Source of the DNA: Candidatus Poriferisocius sp.
Lineage (GTDB): Bacteria; Actinomycetota; Acidimicrobiia; Acidimicrobiales; Bin134
DNA: 64,000 nucleotides
Reading direction: 5' to 3'
Assembly (NCBI GenBank): GCA_965208545.1
Contig: OZ242341.1
Coordinates: forward strand, 3,492,288 to 3,556,287
Position numbers and translations under genes: made by a program. Position 1 is the stretch's first letter; the number at the start of each line of letters is the position of its first letter. A model generated the notes under the pieces. The model did no database searches and was not told the origin of the DNA. It saw only the letters and a program-made list of their open reading frames with translations. Shown here one piece after another: positions 62,683-64,000 of this stretch.

Positions 62683-64000
62683 GTGACTAACACGTCTGAG
62701 TCTTACAGAGCCGAAGACATAACCGTTTTGGAAGGCCTCGACGCTGTCCGAACGCGTCCGGGAATGTATATCGGGTCTACCTCGGTCACCGGGCTGCATC
62801 ACTTGGTGTATGAAGTAGTGGACAACGCCGTGGACGAGGCCATGGCCGGATTCTGCACGACCATCGAGGTGACCCTGCTGGCCGATGGTGGCTGCGAAGT
62901 TCGCGACAACGGGCGGGGCATCCCCGTCGACCCCCATCCCCAGCATCCCGACATGAGCGCAGTGGCAGTGGTGCTCACCCTCTTACACGCGGGGGGCAAG
63001 TTCGGCGGCAATGGCTACAAGGTGTCGGGCGGCTTGCACGGTGTGGGCGTATCGGTGGTGAACGCTCTGTCCACCCGTCTAGAGGTGGAGATCGATCGGG
63101 GCGGCCGTCTCCACACGATGTCGTTTGCCAATGGCGGGGAGATAACCGATGACCTGAGGGTCACCGGCGACAGTCCCGAGGATCGCACCGGGACAACGGT
63201 TCGCTTCTGGCCCGATGAGAGCATTTTCGACGACGTCCGGTTCAGGGCCCAGGGCTTGTTGGAGCGGCTTCAAATGATGGCGTTCTTGAACCGCAACCTG
63301 GAGATCAAGTTCCGCGACCTGCGTACCGACGGCACGGGCGGAGCCGACTGGACGGTGTACTGCTACCAAGACGGCATCAGCGACTTCGTTCGCGAGGTGA
63401 ACAGCTCAAAGGACGCGCTGTTCGATGAGGTCGGCTTCTTCTCGCAACAAGAGGACGGCGACGAAGTGGAGGTGGCCTTTCAGTGGAACACCGGCTACAA
63501 CTCCGACGGGCTGCACTCTTTCGCCAATGGAATCAACACCGTTGAGGGGGGCATGCATGAGGAGGGCTTCCGCAAAGGGCTCACTCGAGTCGTCAACGAC
63601 TACTGCCGGGCCAAGGGGCACCTGAAGGAGAAGGACGACAACCTGGCTGGCGAGGACATCCGCGAAGGGCTTACGGCCATCGTGAGCGTGAGGCTAAGAG
63701 AGCCGCAATTCGAAGGCCAGACCAAGGCCAAGCTGGGGAATGCGTCTATGCGCTCGCTGGTGGAACGGGCCACCAACGAGAAGTTGGCGGAGTGGCTGGA
63801 AGAGAACCCCTCCGATGCCCGCAAGATCGTAACTAAGTGCCTCCAGGCCCAGAAGGCCCGACTAGCGGCGCGCCAGGCCCGCGACGCCACCAGGCGTAAG
63901 TCAGCTCTCGACGGAGCGGGGCTGCCGGGCAAGTTGGTGGACTGCACCTCCACTGATCGGGATGAATGCGAGTTGTTCATCGTGGAGGGGAACTCGGCGG
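62683..64000 (+). CDS. gyrB: DNA gyrase subunit B (5' partial, runs off the window)
   Basis: Hand translation from GTG 62683 gives VTNTSESYRAEDITVLEGLDAVRTRPGMYIGSTSVTGLHHLVYEVVDNAVDEAMAG.... GHKL ATPase motifs are present. There is no stop before position 64000. Confidence 0.95.
   Translation, partial: MTNTSESYRAEDITVLEGLDAVRTRPGMYIGSTSVTGLHHLVYEVVDNAVDEAMAGFCTTIEVTLLADGGCEVRDNGRGIPVDPHPQHPDMSAVAVVLTLLHAGGKFGGNGYKVSGGLHGVGVSVVNALSTRLEVEIDRGGRLHTMSFANGGEITDDLRVTGDSPEDRTGTTVRFWPDESIFDDVRFRAQGLLERLQMMAFLNRNLEIKFRDLRTDGTGGADWTVYCYQDGISDFVREVNSSKDALFDEVGFFSQQEDGDEVEVAFQWNTGYNSDGLHSFANGINTVEGGMHEEGFRKGLTRVVNDYCRAKGHLKEKDDNLAGEDIREGLTAIVSVRLREPQFEGQTKAKLGNASMRSLVERATNEKLAEWLEENPSDARKIVTKCLQAQKARLAARQARDATRRKSALDGAGLPGKLVDCTSTDRDECELFIVEGNSA

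Overview
This is a high-GC (about 65% in hand-counted 60-nt lines) actinobacterial-type chromosome segment that ends at the replication origin. The right third holds the conserved block sigM-like ECF sigma/anti-sigma, trxB, trxA, cwlM-like, parB, parA, rsmG, jag, yidC, yidD, rnpA, rpmH | dnaA, dnaN, recF, DUF721, gyrB (partial). A near-consensus parS sits at the 3' end of rsmG, and DnaA-box clusters lie on both sides of dnaA. The middle holds one long minus-strand gene array: methyltransferase, P450, iron-type SBP, P450, Baeyer-Villiger monooxygenase, three tandem arylsulfatases and a rhomboid-like protein. It also holds a ProVWX-type betaine transporter cluster, and a sigH/rsrA-like, Zn-protease, tilS, hpt block. 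Four accessory or unusual regions stand out. (1) A tRNA-Sec (selC-like, anticodon TCA) flanks an island with XRE and AlpA regulators and a three-gene module: LRV-repeat protein, MoxR AAA+ ATPase, and HExxH-vWA protein. (2) A ~1-kb OpuAC-domain-coding segment occurs three times with no differences seen by eye. It produces a tandem-domain SBP and an OpuAC-BMP chimeric SBP. (3) An AT-richer, unidirectional ~10.6-kb insert lies after hpt. It encodes an AbiTii-like TM protein, a DUF2188-like protein, a 4-TM protein translationally coupled to a ComEC-type MBL hydrolase, a Res-Mod Type III-like pair and a DUF2806 protein. No integrase, tRNA or clear direct repeats flank it. (4) The dnaA-dnaN spacer carries seven WGGGGAW heptamers. 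The best candidates for an undescribed system are the 4-TM + MBL pair and the LRV-MoxR-vWA trio. All family assignments come from motif reading only; no searches were run.
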